Positions 11,408-22,135 of a stretch of 64,000 bases of DNA are shown here, piece after piece. Each line of letters begins with the position of its first letter. Position 1 is the first letter of the stretch. The position numbers were made by a program, and so were the translations under genes. Origin of the DNA: an uncultured Coriobacteriia bacterium (GTDB taxonomy: Bacteria; Actinomycetota; Coriobacteriia; Anaerosomatales; PALSA-660). Under the pieces are notes generated by a model. That model saw only the letters and a program-made list of their open reading frames with translations. It made no database searches and was not told where the DNA came from. The stretch spans positions 363,339 to 427,338 of the forward strand of contig OY968780.1 in the NCBI GenBank assembly GCA_963695385.1, given 5' to 3'.

Positions 11408-12418
11408 GTGGCCGAGACTCCGAACACGGGAGTCCTTCTCACGGCGTTCGGAGGACCAGACTGCCTCGACGCGGTCGCGCCGTTCATGTCGAGCCTCATG
11501 GGGCAGGAGGCGCCCGCCGAAGCCGTCGAATCCGCCAAGCAGCGATATGTGGCGATCGGCGGCTGCTCGCCCCTGCCCGCAATCGCCGAGAGGATAGCCG
11601 CCGCTCTGGAGCGGAGCCTGAACGGACTTCCCGTCGGCGAGGGACGTGCCGGCGAGGGCGAGGGAACGGTCCGCACGCCGGTGGCGCTCGGCATGCGCTA
11701 CTCGCAGCCCAGCATCGGGCAGGGCGTCGCGGACCTGTGCGCGCGGGGCGTAAGGCGCGTCGTGTGGACGAGCCTGTCGCCTTTCGAGTCCCAGGTGAGC
11801 ACGGGCGCGTATCGCAGCGCTGTCGAGTCCGCTTGCGTCGCATGTGGTGTCGAGGTCGTCGAAGCGGATCGCTACTCCTCCGCGGAGCCGTTCACTCGCC
11901 TGCTGGCCGAGGCGTGCATCGAGGCGCTCAACCGTATGCCTGACACTTCGCGCCCCCTGGTCGTGATGACGGCGCACAGCTTGCCTTCGACCGACGAGGG
12001 GGCGACCGTCTACGTCGGGCAACTCACCGCGGTAGCGGCACAGGTGGCGGCGCGGGTCGGGTTGGGTCCCGTGGACGCGGATTTCCTGTCCAGGATGCTG
12101 GAGATCCGCGCCTTCGGCGGGTACGGTCCACACGCCGTGTGGATGCTCGCATACCAGTCCAAGGGCAAGCGCGGCGGGCAGTGGCTCGAGCCCGACCTCG
12201 ACCAGGTGATCGACGCGGCTGCCGGTGTGGGATGCCGGGCCGTGGTGGTCTGCCCGATCGGGTTCGTCACCGACCACCTGGAGACGCTCTACGACCTGGA
12301 CATAGCAGCGGCGGCTCGAGTGACCGGTCACGGGATGACGTTCCTGCGCTCGCGCGTTCCCAACGACGACCCGCTGATGATCGAGGCGCTCGCGCAGGCG
12401 GTCGGGGCGCGCTTGTGA
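11408..12418 (+). CDS. hemH: ferrochelatase (coproporphyrin ferrochelatase type)
   Basis: Contains LLTAFGGP, MTAHSLP and GFVTDHLETLYDLD motifs. GTG start is 2 nt after the hemE stop. Confidence 0.9.
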   Translation: MAETPNTGVLLTAFGGPDCLDAVAPFMSSLMGQEAPAEAVESAKQRYVAIGGCSPLPAIAERIAAALERSLNGLPVGEGRAGEGEGTVRTPVALGMRYSQPSIGQGVADLCARGVRRVVWTSLSPFESQVSTGAYRSAVESACVACGVEVVEADRYSSAEPFTRLLAEACIEALNRMPDTSRPLVVMTAHSLPSTDEGATVYVGQLTAVAAQVAARVGLGPVDADFLSRMLEIRAFGGYGPHAVWMLAYQSKGKRGGQWLEPDLDQVIDAAAGVGCRAVVVCPIGFVTDHLETLYDLDIAAAARVTGHGMTFLRSRVPNDDPLMIEALAQAVGARL

Positions 12419-12470
12419 GGGCGCCATCCGGACGACGCGGCGCATCTCGACCCTCGGGGAGGAACCGCGC

Positions 12471-13946
12471 ATGAGGCGAGTGGTCGTCATCGGCGGCGGG
12501 GTCGCGGGACTGGCCGCGGCGTACAAGGTGCGGCGCGCGGCCGACGAGGGACACGACGTCGCCTTCACTCTGGTCGAGAAGGACTCGCGGCTGGGCGGCA
12601 AGGTGGCCACCGAGAGCGTGGACGACTTCGTGATCGACGGCGGCCCGGATTGCTTTCTGACCAGCAAGCCGGCGGTGCACCGTATCGCCCGGCTCACCGG
12701 CATCGAGGACGACAAGCTGCCCAGCGACGAGTCGCGCAAGGGAACGCTCATCCTGTCCCGCGATCGCCTGCACAGGATGCCCGAGGGCGTGATGATGTTC
12801 GCGCCCACGAAGTTCTGGCCGTTCGCCACCACAAGCCTGTTCTCGCTGCGCGGGAAGGTGCGCATGGGGCTGGACGCGTTCATTCCGAGGAAGCGCGTGG
12901 CCGAGGGCGAGCTCAACGACGAGACCCTCGAGAGCCTGATCGTGAGGCGCATGGGCCGCGAGTGTCTTGACCGCCTGGCCGAGCCTCTGGTCGGGGGAGT
13001 GCACGCCTCCGACCCGGCGACGATGTCTCTGGCGGCAACGTTCCCGAGCCTTCTGGAGATGGAGCAGAGGCACGGCAGCCTGCTGGCCGGCTTTCTGGCC
13101 CAGCGCAAGATGGTCGACGAGATGCGCCGCAAGTACCCCCCAGACCCCCTCAAGCCGCGGACCTTCTTCACGTCCTTCGCGCGCGGGATGGCCGAGCTCC
13201 CCCAAGCCATGTCCGTCTCGGCGGGCGCGGAAGACATGCGCACGGGCGTCTCGGTCGAACGGCTGGAGCGCGCGGGGTCCGGGTGGAGGGTTCACCTGTC
13301 GGATGGTGAGGCGCTCGACGCCGACGCCGTCATAGTGGCGACGGAAGGCTGGGCCGCGGCCAAGCTGCTCGCGCCGGTCGACGCGGACGTCGGCTCAGCT
13401 CTCGAGGAGATCCCATACTCGTCTGCTGCGACGGTGTCCCTTGCATTCGACACGGAGGACGTCGGCTTCGACCTCAACGCGTTCGGCGTGCTGTGCCCCA
13501 TGGCCGAGAAGCGTGCGCTGCTCGCCGCCACCTACTCGTCGACGAAATGGCGGGGACGCGCCCCCGAGGGCAAGACCCTCCTGCGCGGGTTCCTCGGAGG
13601 TCCGCACAACCAGGCGATCATGAAGCGCTCCGACGACGATCTCACGCAGGTGGTGATCTCGGAGATGCGCTCGATCCTTGGGCTGAAGGCGGACCCCTCC
13701 TTCGTCCGGGTGTTCCGCTGGCCCGACGCCATGCCGCAGTACACGATGGGGCATCTCGGCCGCGTTGCCCTGGTCGAGCGCGCGATGGTGGCCACGCCGG
13801 GGCTGGCGGTGGCCGGAGGCGCCTACAGCGGCGTGGGCGTGCCGAACTGCATCGAGACCGGGGAAAAGGCGGTTACCAAGGTACTCGCCGACTTGGGGAT
13901 GGTGCTGGAGGAGGACTTGGGGGAGCCGGAGAAGCGGGCATACTGA
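12471..13946 (+). CDS. hemY: protoporphyrinogen/coproporphyrinogen III oxidase (FAD-dependent, HemY type)
   Basis: N-terminal VVVIGGGVAGLAAAY dinucleotide-binding motif. Gene order hemE-hemH-hemY matches the Bacillus/Actinobacteria operon. Confidence 0.85.
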   Translation: MRRVVVIGGGVAGLAAAYKVRRAADEGHDVAFTLVEKDSRLGGKVATESVDDFVIDGGPDCFLTSKPAVHRIARLTGIEDDKLPSDESRKGTLILSRDRLHRMPEGVMMFAPTKFWPFATTSLFSLRGKVRMGLDAFIPRKRVAEGELNDETLESLIVRRMGRECLDRLAEPLVGGVHASDPATMSLAATFPSLLEMEQRHGSLLAGFLAQRKMVDEMRRKYPPDPLKPRTFFTSFARGMAELPQAMSVSAGAEDMRTGVSVERLERAGSGWRVHLSDGEALDADAVIVATEGWAAAKLLAPVDADVGSALEEIPYSSAATVSLAFDTEDVGFDLNAFGVLCPMAEKRALLAATYSSTKWRGRAPEGKTLLRGFLGGPHNQAIMKRSDDDLTQVVISEMRSILGLKADPSFVRVFRWPDAMPQYTMGHLGRVALVERAMVATPGLAVAGGAYSGVGVPNCIETGEKAVTKVLADLGMVLEEDLGEPEKRAY

Positions 13947-13959
13947 GCTTCTGCCGGGG

Positions 13960-14056
13960 GGCGAACGGCGGGTCCCTTCGCTCATGTCCTCGAAAGTCCG
14001 TCAGCGGGGCTGTCGGACTTTCTGCGGGAATTCGCTGCGGGGCCCCGCCGTTCGCC
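13960..14056. other. nested inverted repeats in the convergent hemY / IMPase intergenic region (probable bidirectional terminator structure)
   Basis: The outer 13-bp perfect arms are GGCGAACGGCGGG (13960-13972) and CCCGCCGTTCGCC (14044-14056). They enclose an inner 9-bp hairpin, GAAAGTCCG (13992-14000) with CGGACTTTC (14014-14022). Confidence 0.4.
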
Positions 14057-14126
14057 TGCGGCGCGGCAGCAGAGGGCGCTGCGCGCCCGAGCGGTCCCAC
14101 ATCAGGCGCGGTCGCGGGGTCGGCGG

Positions 14127-14948
14127 CTACGGCTGGCTGGGGGTGGGGGTGGCGATGGCGATGGCTTCCAGCAGGAGGGGGTGGAGCCGGGGTCCGGCGG
14201 CGACGTGGTCGGCGGTATCCACGGTCCAGGGGTTGCCGGCGAAGTCCGTGACCAGGGCGCCGGACTCGCGAAGGATGATGACGCCGGCGGCGGTGTCCCA
14301 GGTCTTGAGGGCGAACTCCCAGAAGCCGTCGGCGCGACCGGAGGCGACGTGGCAGCAGTCGATGGCGGCGGACCCGTCGCGGCGGATGCCGTGCACGTGG
14401 TGAAGCATGTGCGTCAGCACCAGCAGCTGCCTGTCCAGCGTCACCGTGCGATCGTACGGGAATCCGGTGATGAGAAGCGCCCGGTCGATGGAGTCGGCGT
14501 CGCTACAGTGTATGGCCGCGCCATCCAGTGTCGCGCCGTCCCCGGTCTTCGCGCAGGTCATCTCGTCCGCCGCGGCGTTATAGACGGATCCCGCGGCCGG
14601 CTGCCCGTCGCGCAGAAGCGCCACCGAGACCGAGTAGCACGGGTAGCCGTGAACATATGACGTGGTCCCGTCGAGTGGGTCGATCACCCAGACCTCGGGA
14701 TCCGTGAGCGAACCCTGGTCGACGCCGGCGAGAGCGTAGACCTCGGGCTCCTCGACCACGAAGCGTGCCCGCGGCAGCCGTGCGGCGATCGACCGGACCA
14801 CCGCCACGCCCGCGGCGATGTCGACCTCGGTCACCAGGTCGTTCGCGGATGACTTCGTGCGCACGGCGCCGATGTCGCGCGCTCTGGAGCGCAGGACGTC
14901 GCCGCCCGCCAGGGAGGCGTCGCGCGAGATCGCCAGGATGTCGGACAT
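14127..14948 (-). CDS. inositol monophosphatase family protein (SuhB-like)
   Basis: Contains VVEEPEV, WVIDPLDGT and the C-terminal WDTAAG motifs. ATG 14948 is preceded by GAAGAGGA. Confidence 0.85.
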   Translation of the reverse strand: MSDILAISRDASLAGGDVLRSRARDIGAVRTKSSANDLVTEVDIAAGVAVVRSIAARLPRARFVVEEPEVYALAGVDQGSLTDPEVWVIDPLDGTTSYVHGYPCYSVSVALLRDGQPAAGSVYNAAADEMTCAKTGDGATLDGAAIHCSDADSIDRALLITGFPYDRTVTLDRQLLVLTHMLHHVHGIRRDGSAAIDCCHVASGRADGFWEFALKTWDTAAGVIILRESGALVTDFAGNPWTVDTADHVAAGPRLHPLLLEAIAIATPTPSQP

Positions 14949-15075
14949 TCCTCTTCTCACTCCCAAGTCGTGTACGCCCGGTGGTGCGTGCGTGATACCG
15001 CGGTCGGGGATAGAACGAATGTGACGGGTCGAGTGTACCCGTGCCGGTACAGACGCACGCGCGACAGGAGCGACG

Positions 15076-16995
15076 ATGCTCGAACGAGGATTCGCGGTCC
15101 CCGAGATCGACGAGGCGAGTGCATCCGCGTTGCGCGAGCGTGCCCGACTCTGTCGCGGCGCCGTGCTGACGATGACGGCTCTGGCCGCTTCGGGACACCC
15201 CGGCGGGTCGATGTCGTCGATGGAGATGTACCTGCTGCTGTTCCACTTCGCCCGGCTGCGTCCTCAAGAGCCTCGATGGCTGCGGCGGGACCGTGTGGTC
15301 GTCAGCCACGGGCACACGTCTCCAGGCGCGTACACTGCGCTGGCCGACGCCGGGTTCTTCGACCTCGAAGACGCCGTCGCGCACTTCCGCCAGGCCGGCA
15401 GCATCTTCGAGGGTCACGTCGAGGCCTCCGTGCCGGGGGTCGAGTGGTCCACCGGCAACCTGGGGCAAGGCCTTTCCGCCGGAGTCGGAATGGCGCTCGC
15501 GGCCAAGATGACCGGAGTCGGCTGGCGCACATTCGTGGACATGTCGGATGCCGAGCAGAACAAGGGTCAGGTGGCCGAGGCCCGTCGTCTGGCCGCGAAG
15601 TACGGGCTGTCCGGCCTGACCGCCGTCGTGGACCTCAATCGAGTGCAGATCTCCGGGCACACGTCCGAGGTGATGCCGGTGCGAGTAGCCGAGGACTTCA
15701 CGGCCGACGGATGGGGCGTGATAGAGGCCGATGGCCACGACGTGGCGGACCTCTACGCCGCGATCGCCGCAGCCGTCGCTGACACGACCCGCCCCTTTGC
15801 CGTCCTGGCTCACACGACCATCGGCAAGGGCGTGTCGTTCATGGAGGACGACCCGGAGTATCACGGGAGGGGGCTCACCGCGGACGAGTACCCTCGTGCG
15901 ATGCGCGAACTCGGACTGGACCCGGGGTGGCTGGACCGTGCGCGGGCGGAGCGGCCGCAACCGCCGCGAACGGTCGCCGTCGCCCGTCCGGAACTGGTGG
16001 TCGCGCGCTCGACCGGGAAGCCGCGCACCTACGGCGCTGACTCGAAGACGGACTGCCGCTCCGCTTGGGGAGCCGCGCTCGCCGACATCGCTGCCGCCGA
16101 TCCGACTTCGCCGCTCGCGGTGCTCGACTGCGACCTGGCGGCGTCCGTCAAGACGGAGTCGTTCGCTTCGTCGCATCCGGAGTCCTTCATCGAGTGCGGG
16201 GTCGGGGAGCACAACGCCGCCGCGGCCGCCGGGGCGCTCTCGATCAGCGGCGTGCTGACCTTCTGGGCGGATTTCGGCGTGTTCGGCCTCGACGAGGCCT
16301 ACAACCAGCAGCGTCTGAACGACATCAATCACGCCGGCATCAAGCTGGTGCTGACCCACTGCGGCTTGGACGTCGGAGAGGACGGCCGAACCCACCAGTG
16401 CGTCGACTACGTCGGCGCGCTCAGGGATTTCTTCGGCTGGAGGGTCATCGTGCCGGCCGATCCCAACCAGACGGATCGCGCCGTGCGCGCGGCGGCGTCG
16501 ATGCCCGGCTGCGTCGCCATAGCCATGGGCCGTTCGAAGATGCCCGTCATCCTCGGAACGGACGGCGAGCCGTTCTTCGGGGGTGACCGGGCGTTCGAGT
16601 ACGGTCGCATCGAATGGGTGCGCCGGGGTGCGGACGCGGCGCTCCTGACCATGGGGACGGTTTCGGGTGCCGCGGTGGACGCCGCGGACGTCCTGGCTCG
16701 CGAGGGACATGCCGTGGCGGTCGGTGTGGCCGCGTGCCCCCTGCATCTGAATGATGACGACATGGCCGAGGCCTGCGCGTCCCGGCTGGTCATCACGGCC
16801 GAGGACCATGGCATCCGTACAGGGCTGGGGGCCTCGGTCGCGGAGTGGATCGCGGAGAACGCGGTGCCGGCCAGACTGGTCCGGGCCGGCGTCCGGGACT
16901 ACGCGTCGTCGGGCGTCTCCGCCGAGTTGCTGCGCCGCGCGGGGTTGGACGCCGAGGGGATAGCCGCCACGGTGCGGGACGCACTCGCCGGCTGA
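15076..16995 (+). CDS. tkt: transketolase (N- and C-terminal halves fused, short form)
   Basis: The ASGHPGGSMSSMEM and GNLGQGLSAGVGMA TPP-binding motifs, followed by a pyrimidine-binding/C-terminal domain. 639 aa. Confidence 0.85.
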   Translation: MLERGFAVPEIDEASASALRERARLCRGAVLTMTALAASGHPGGSMSSMEMYLLLFHFARLRPQEPRWLRRDRVVVSHGHTSPGAYTALADAGFFDLEDAVAHFRQAGSIFEGHVEASVPGVEWSTGNLGQGLSAGVGMALAAKMTGVGWRTFVDMSDAEQNKGQVAEARRLAAKYGLSGLTAVVDLNRVQISGHTSEVMPVRVAEDFTADGWGVIEADGHDVADLYAAIAAAVADTTRPFAVLAHTTIGKGVSFMEDDPEYHGRGLTADEYPRAMRELGLDPGWLDRARAERPQPPRTVAVARPELVVARSTGKPRTYGADSKTDCRSAWGAALADIAAADPTSPLAVLDCDLAASVKTESFASSHPESFIECGVGEHNAAAAAGALSISGVLTFWADFGVFGLDEAYNQQRLNDINHAGIKLVLTHCGLDVGEDGRTHQCVDYVGALRDFFGWRVIVPADPNQTDRAVRAAASMPGCVAIAMGRSKMPVILGTDGEPFFGGDRAFEYGRIEWVRRGADAALLTMGTVSGAAVDAADVLAREGHAVAVGVAACPLHLNDDDMAEACASRLVITAEDHGIRTGLGASVAEWIAENAVPARLVRAGVRDYASSGVSAELLRRAGLDAEGIAATVRDALAG

Positions 16996-17038
16996 GGCTC
17001 TTCGCGGATGCGGACGGAGTGGACGCCGGAGCCGGCGC

Positions 17039-17602
17039 CTAGGTCCGACGCGGTCCCTTGGAGAACGTGCGGATCGCCTCGAGCACCTGAGCGTCGGCAG
17101 AATCCCCGACGCGAGGCGTGGGGTGGACACCGTGCTCCCCAAGCACCTCGAGAACCGCCGCCGCGGCCGCCGGAACGGACGCCTCGACGCCTGGAGTCAG
17201 CCCGATCTCGAACGTGGTCATGTCCTCGATCTGGATGCCGATGCACTCGGCCTTAGGCGTGGCGCCGATCAGCATCGCGGCCTGGAGGACGTCCACGAAG
17301 CGGATGTCGTGGAGCGAGTGCATCACCTGGTTGGGCGCCATCTCCTCGGGCGAGAGGCGGACTATCGTGCCGGGTTCCTCGCCGGTGCCGTCCACCGCGT
17401 CGACGACCAGCATGTAGTCGCACTCGCGGAACAGGTGAAGGATGCTCATGCCCATCGTGCCGACATCCAGCACCTTGACGTTGTCGGGGAACTCGAGTGC
17501 GGCCATCAGTGACTCGACGACGCGGACGCCGACACCCTCGTCACGAAGGAGAGGGTTTCCCATCCCCATGACCGTTACGCGCTCGGCGGGCACCGTTACC
17601 AC
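17039..17602 (-). CDS. [NiFe] hydrogenase maturation endopeptidase (HyaD/HybD family)
   Basis: Contains VMGMGNPLLRDEGVGVRVV, then VVDAVD and a later His motif. Overlaps the upstream small-subunit stop by 7 nt. The exact start codon is uncertain (GTG 17602 or a downstream GTG). Confidence 0.85.
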   Translation of the reverse strand: MVTVPAERVTVMGMGNPLLRDEGVGVRVVESLMAALEFPDNVKVLDVGTMGMSILHLFRECDYMLVVDAVDGTGEEPGTIVRLSPEEMAPNQVMHSLHDIRFVDVLQAAMLIGATPKAECIGIQIEDMTTFEIGLTPGVEASVPAAAAAVLEVLGEHGVHPTPRVGDSADAQVLEAIRTFSKGPRRT

Positions 17603-18720
17603 TCGCCCGGGTCTTCGGCGACGGCTGCCTGCACAGGCGCCTCCGCGGTCTCCTCGAGTCGGCCGCGCGCCGTCTCGGCCACGCCGTACAGAGCGAACCC
17701 GCCTGCCACTCCGGCGGCCGAGATGGCCGCGACCGTCTCGGGCTGGAGCCCTGTTCCCCAGAGGCCCGTGCCGATCGCGCGTGTCCTCGACAGGAACGGT
17801 GCGTCGTTATCGACCCAGTTGAGGTTGCCGCACCCGATGCAGGGGGAGCCGGACTCTACGCACCAGCTGGCGCGACGGTTCCAGCGCACCCTCGGACAGT
17901 CGGTGAAGGTCTGCGGGCCCTTGCAGCCCATCTTGTACAGACACCAGCCGTTGACCTCGGCCTGCGTCCCGAACTGCTCGACGAACTCGCCGTTCTCGAA
18001 GTGCCCTCGCCTCGGGCAGTTGTCGTGGATGCTCGAGCCGAAGATCAGAGTCGGACGGTTGTGGTCGTCCATGGCCGGAAGCTTGCCCAGCATCAACACG
18101 TCGATGACCACCGCCACGATCCACTCGGGGTTGACCGGGCAGGTCGGCAGGTTGATGGTCTTGGCCGCAAGCTCGGGCATGAAGTCGAGCACGCCCTTGC
18201 CGCCGGCCGGGTTCGGGTTGGCCCGCACCCACCCTCCGTCGACCGCGCAGGAGCCGACGCACACGACGGCGTCGGCCTTGGGAGCGATCTCTTTGAGGAT
18301 ATCCACGCCCGTCCTGCCGCCGATCCTGAGCGTGTTGCCGCCTTCTCCGGTCATGACGGCGCCCTCGGCGATGAGTATGTAGCCACCATCGGCGACCGTC
18401 TTGGCCATGGCGTCCTCGGCCTGCTTGCCGGCCGCAGCCGATATGGTCTCGATGTAGTTGACCGAGAGCAGATCGAGCACGACCGTGGCCACGTCGGGTG
18501 TGTCGACCTGTGCCAGGGATTCGGTGCAGCCCGTGCACAGTCCCATGTCGAACCATATGGCGGGCTTGAGCTTTGCGCCCTTCTCGACCGCGGAGGCTAT
18601 CTGAGGGACATACATCTCGGACAGACCCAGCAGAGCCGCGACGGACCCGCAGTACTTCATGAAGTCGCGGCGGGACACTCCCCGTGCCGCGAGCAGGTCG
18701 TCGATCCACGGTTCCCGCAC
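17596..18720 (-). CDS. [NiFe]/[NiFeSe] hydrogenase small subunit, paralog 1 (Tat signal, C-terminal TM anchor), with no adjacent large subunit
   Basis: Twin-arginine signal SRRDFMKYCGSVAALLG, Fe-S ligand patterns (CTGCTES, HDNCPRRGHF, CLYKMGCKGP, PCIGC) and a hydrophobic tail. The likely start is GTG 18720, 10 nt after GGGGAGG. The ORF-track ATG 18795 adds 25 unconserved residues. Confidence 0.9.
   Translation of the reverse strand: MREPWIDDLLAARGVSRRDFMKYCGSVAALLGLSEMYVPQIASAVEKGAKLKPAIWFDMGLCTGCTESLAQVDTPDVATVVLDLLSVNYIETISAAAGKQAEDAMAKTVADGGYILIAEGAVMTGEGGNTLRIGGRTGVDILKEIAPKADAVVCVGSCAVDGGWVRANPNPAGGKGVLDFMPELAAKTINLPTCPVNPEWIVAVVIDVLMLGKLPAMDDHNRPTLIFGSSIHDNCPRRGHFENGEFVEQFGTQAEVNGWCLYKMGCKGPQTFTDCPRVRWNRRASWCVESGSPCIGCGNLNWVDNDAPFLSRTRAIGTGLWGTGLQPETVAAISAAGVAGGFALYGVAETARGRLEETAEAPVQAAVAEDPGEW
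17784..18706. repeat. 923-bp direct repeat, copy A (core of small-subunit gene)
   Basis: Aligns base-for-base with 24623-25545 at an offset of 6839. I count 12 mismatches and no indels. Similarity stops abruptly at both ends, inside the coding sequence. Confidence 0.9.
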
Positions 18721-18926
18721 GGACGATCTGCCTCCCCGATATGAGTGGTCTGCCACGAATCGTAACTCATGACATGCGCCACGCCGTGCGCTCATGGCCC
18801 GCCGGTGTCGAATGTCCTGATCCGCACCAGTGGTGGTGGTTCGGCGATGCTAGGCATGGCGGTTGCTCGTAACCCACGCATCAAGGGTCGGCGCCGCCAT
18901 CCGGCCGCAGGAGAGTGGGAGCGAAC

Positions 18927-20576
18927 ATGAGCCGGTCGCATGCGAGGGTCATCTTCATGATCCTGCTGTCCGTCGCCCTCGCCGGCGCGTCGCCGTTATC
19001 GTCATTCGCGGAGGCGGACACGGGATTCGGGCTGATCGCCTCCGCGTCGGTGCGCAGCTCGGCTGTGCGGGCGGCATCGGTGAGTATTCTGACGATCTCG
19101 GCTCCGGTATCGGTTTCGCCGGGTTCGCCGGTGTTGATAGTGGGATCGCTCTTCGAGGACGAGGTCGGCGGCTTTCGACCGGACGTTCAGGAGGTCTTCC
19201 TGGAAGCCTCGCCTGACGGCGTGTCGGGATGGACCGTGGTCGAGAGCACGTGGACAGACACGGAGATAGTGCCGGACAGCTACGGCTTCGTCCTGTATCC
19301 GAGCGGCTCGAGGTACTACCGGGTGCGCTACCCGGGCAGCGCATTTCCCGCGGCGACGAGCGACACGGTTCACGTAGCGGTCGAAGTGGCACCATCCCCG
19401 ACGCCGTCACCCACCCCGCCGCCGACACCGACGCCGACACCGACGCCGACGCCGATGCCGACGCCGACGCCTGCGCCGACACCGACGCCTGCGCCGACAC
19501 CGACGCCTGCGCCGACACCGACGCCGACGCCGACGCCTGCGCCGACACCGACGCCTGCGCCGACACCGACGCCGACACCCGCTCCCACGCCCACGCCGCA
19601 GCCAACACCCACGCCGACGTCTGACCCCACGCCGACGCCCGTCCCGCCCTCTCGCGCGCCCGTGGTCATCACCCTTGAGACCCCGACTTCGCTTATCGTG
19701 CCGGGGGCTTCACCGGTGCTTACGGGCGTAGTGAAGAACGCCTCGACTGGTGGTTCAATCGTTGGGATCCCGGTCGCTTTGCAGACATCTCCCGACGGCG
19801 CCACAGCTTGGATCGCCGTTTCCGAATCCAACAGCGACGTCAACGGTCACGCGTGCGAGGTGACCGTCACGACGAGCGCTCACTTCCGTGCCACCTTCGC
19901 CGGCGACGACGCCCACCTTCCCGCCACCAGCGAGCCGAAGCGGCTGGAAGTGGACAGCTCCGTGTCTTTGACTCTCGGCGCCTCTCAGGTCACTGTGGCG
20001 CCGGGGGGCAGCACGACCCTGTCGGGCTCGATCGCCGACGCCTCAGGCGCCCCGCTGACAGGTCCACGGGTCTCCTTGCAGGCGTCGCCTGACGGGATCG
20101 CCGGCTGGATCCCGCTGGGCACGCCGGTGACGGCCACGGGCGGCACGCTGACCTTCTCGATCCGGCCTTCCGCCACCGCCTTCTATCGCGCCGACTTCGC
20201 CACGGACGGGATCTATGCGGCCGCCACCAGCGCCGCGGTGCGGGTGGCGGTCTCGACGTCCAAGCCGGCATCCGCGCTCACGATCGCGACGAATCGCACG
20301 CTTCTCAGGATCGGCAAGGCAGCCACCATTTCCGGGCGCGCGACGCCCAGAGCCGGAATGGTCGGCGCGAGGCTGCGGCTTCTGGTGAAGAAGGCCCGCA
20401 GCTCGCGCTGGACCCTTCTGACGCGGCCGACCATCCGGGGAACCGCCGCGTCCTGGTCGTACCGTCTGACGCTGCGCAGGGGGTCGCCGAAGGGCACGCA
20501 TCAGTTCAAGGTCGTCTACGACGGCGGCGCCTTCCGGTCCTCCTCCTCGCGCGTGATCAAGATCGCCCTGCGCTAG
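18927..20576 (+). CDS. secreted surface protein with four repeated beta-sandwich-like modules and a Pro/Thr-rich linker
   Basis: Signal peptide ([30 protein letters not shown]). Four roughly 95-aa modules share ...SPDG..GW......... and F/YR..F/Y.....A.TS..V.V patterns. A PTPTPA-type linker is also present. Confidence 0.7.
   Translation: MSRSHARVIFMILLSVALAGASPLSSFAEADTGFGLIASASVRSSAVRAASVSILTISAPVSVSPGSPVLIVGSLFEDEVGGFRPDVQEVFLEASPDGVSGWTVVESTWTDTEIVPDSYGFVLYPSGSRYYRVRYPGSAFPAATSDTVHVAVEVAPSPTPSPTPPPTPTPTPTPTPMPTPTPAPTPTPAPTPTPAPTPTPTPTPAPTPTPAPTPTPTPAPTPTPQPTPTPTSDPTPTPVPPSRAPVVITLETPTSLIVPGASPVLTGVVKNASTGGSIVGIPVALQTSPDGATAWIAVSESNSDVNGHACEVTVTTSAHFRATFAGDDAHLPATSEPKRLEVDSSVSLTLGASQVTVAPGGSTTLSGSIADASGAPLTGPRVSLQASPDGIAGWIPLGTPVTATGGTLTFSIRPSATAFYRADFATDGIYAAATSAAVRVAVSTSKPASALTIATNRTLLRIGKAATISGRATPRAGMVGARLRLLVKKARSSRWTLLTRPTIRGTAASWSYRLTLRRGSPKGTHQFKVVYDGGAFRSSSSRVIKIALR
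19398..19648 (+). repeat. coding low-complexity tandem repeat (18-nt unit ccgacaccgacgcctgcg, encoding PTPTPA)
   Basis: Read directly from the sequence. It encodes [69 protein letters not shown]. Confidence 0.85.
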
Positions 20577-21919
20577 CCCGGGTGAAGAATGTTCGGAGCG
20601 GGGACGAGCCCGTCGTAGCAGTCGTGTCGAGTCAGGGGAACGCCGCTGCGGCCGTCATCGGCGCGCGCGAGCAGGGTCTGGTACACGGTGGTGAATCCCG
20701 CGGAGAAGCCGTAGGCGCACGCCGACATGTAGAGGCGCCAGATCCGGTAGGTGAGTTCATCCGATGCATCGCACGCGGCATCGCGCTGCCGCTCCAGGTT
20801 CGAGACCCAATGCCTCAGCGTGAGGGCGTAGTGCTCGCGCAGGCTTTCCACGTCGCGGACGTCGAACCCCGCCGTCTCGGCGGCGGCCAGCGTGGTGTGT
20901 ATCGGTACGAGCTCGCCATCGGGGAACACGTAGCGCTGCCAGAAGGTGGGGCCGGTCTCCGTCGGCACTCGACCGGCCGACTGGCGCACGGGGCTGTTCG
21001 CGATGCCGTGGTTCATGAACAGCCCGCCCGGCCGCAGCAGCCGGAATGCCCGGTCGAAGTAGTCGCCCAGCTTCGCTGCGCCGACGTGCTCGAACATGCC
21101 GACGCTGACGATCTTGTCGTAGCAGCCCCAGTCCGTCACCTCGCGGTAGTCCCGGACCTCGGCACGGCACCGATCGGCGAGCCCCGCGCGCGAGAAGCGC
21201 TCATTGGCGAGTCTCGCCTGCGGATCGCTGAGCGTGACGCCGAGCGCATCGGCACCGTATCTGGACGCGGCATGCATCATCAGCCCGCCCCATCCGCATC
21301 CGACGTCCAGCAGGCGGTCCCCCTCGCGCAGTCGCAGCTTCCGGCAGATCAGGTCCAGCTTCTGCTCTTGGGCGGTATCCAGGTCATCGCCGGCATCCTG
21401 GAAATAGGCGCACGAATAGACCATCCTCTGGTCCAGGAACAGCCGGTAGAAGTCGTTCGACACGTCGTAGTGATATGAGACGGCCGTCCGATCGCGACGT
21501 AGGGAATGGGTGGTACCGTGCATCTCCGCCGCCCGGTCGAGGCGGCTGGTCCCGGAGGATGGAAGTCTCGCCACGCGCTGAAGGGCGTTGACCGCGGTCC
21601 GCAGATCCCTGCGCCGCAGCAGCGCGCGGTCCGCCACCGCGATCAGGCTCTCGACGTCACCTTCCACATCGATGTCATCGGTGAGATACGCTTCTCCGAC
21701 CGTGAGGGTGCCGGGATTGAGGAGGATCCGTTTCACCACGGAGGGGTTTCTCAGGACCAGGGTGAACCTTGTGCCCATGCCCGGGTCGGGCCCCAAGGTG
21801 CTCCCGTCCCAAAGGCGCACGCAGAAGTCGAACGGGTGGAGGTCGGAAAGCACCAAGTCCAGGAGCTCGATCGTGGAGCGAGCGTGTCGATCGAGTTCGG
21901 GCGCGAGAGCCGTTCGCAT
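20573..21919 (-). CDS. cfa: cyclopropane-fatty-acyl-phospholipid synthase family SAM methyltransferase
   Basis: Contains [22 protein letters not shown], the SAM motif [10 protein letters not shown] and SVGMFEHVG. Its stop overlaps the stop of the convergent surface-protein gene by 4 nt. Confidence 0.85.
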   Translation of the reverse strand: MRTALAPELDRHARSTIELLDLVLSDLHPFDFCVRLWDGSTLGPDPGMGTRFTLVLRNPSVVKRILLNPGTLTVGEAYLTDDIDVEGDVESLIAVADRALLRRRDLRTAVNALQRVARLPSSGTSRLDRAAEMHGTTHSLRRDRTAVSYHYDVSNDFYRLFLDQRMVYSCAYFQDAGDDLDTAQEQKLDLICRKLRLREGDRLLDVGCGWGGLMMHAASRYGADALGVTLSDPQARLANERFSRAGLADRCRAEVRDYREVTDWGCYDKIVSVGMFEHVGAAKLGDYFDRAFRLLRPGGLFMNHGIANSPVRQSAGRVPTETGPTFWQRYVFPDGELVPIHTTLAAAETAGFDVRDVESLREHYALTLRHWVSNLERQRDAACDASDELTYRIWRLYMSACAYGFSAGFTTVYQTLLARADDGRSGVPLTRHDCYDGLVPAPNILHPG

Positions 21920-22059
21920 CTGTCATCCCCCGTCCGCGCGTGTTGCCGCGACTCGTCACCGACGACTACGGAGTACCCGCGATGGACCGTTCAGCCACGA
22001 CGAACCGCGAGGCCATCCTGCGAGCGGCCCGAACGCCGGGTGAGCGGCGCAGGACGCGC

Positions 22060-22091
22060 AAAGGCCCGGGGCACGCGGCCCCGGGCCTTTT
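22060..22091. terminator. bidirectional hairpin terminator between the cytochrome b gene and the cfa promoter region
   Basis: A 12-bp perfect stem (AAAGGCCCGGGG / CCCCGGGCCTTT) with a 7-nt loop. A/T runs flank the stem on both strands. Confidence 0.5.
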
Positions 22092-22135
22092 CGCGTCCTG
22101 CGCTGTCATTGATGCACAGCGGCGCCTGGATGAGT

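Noticed and set aside
19398-19648. A regular short tandem repeat that could be mistaken for a CRISPR-like or satellite array.
   Set aside because: The unit is 18 nt with no spacers, and it lies in frame inside a secreted protein, where it encodes a PTPTPA linker. No cas genes are present.
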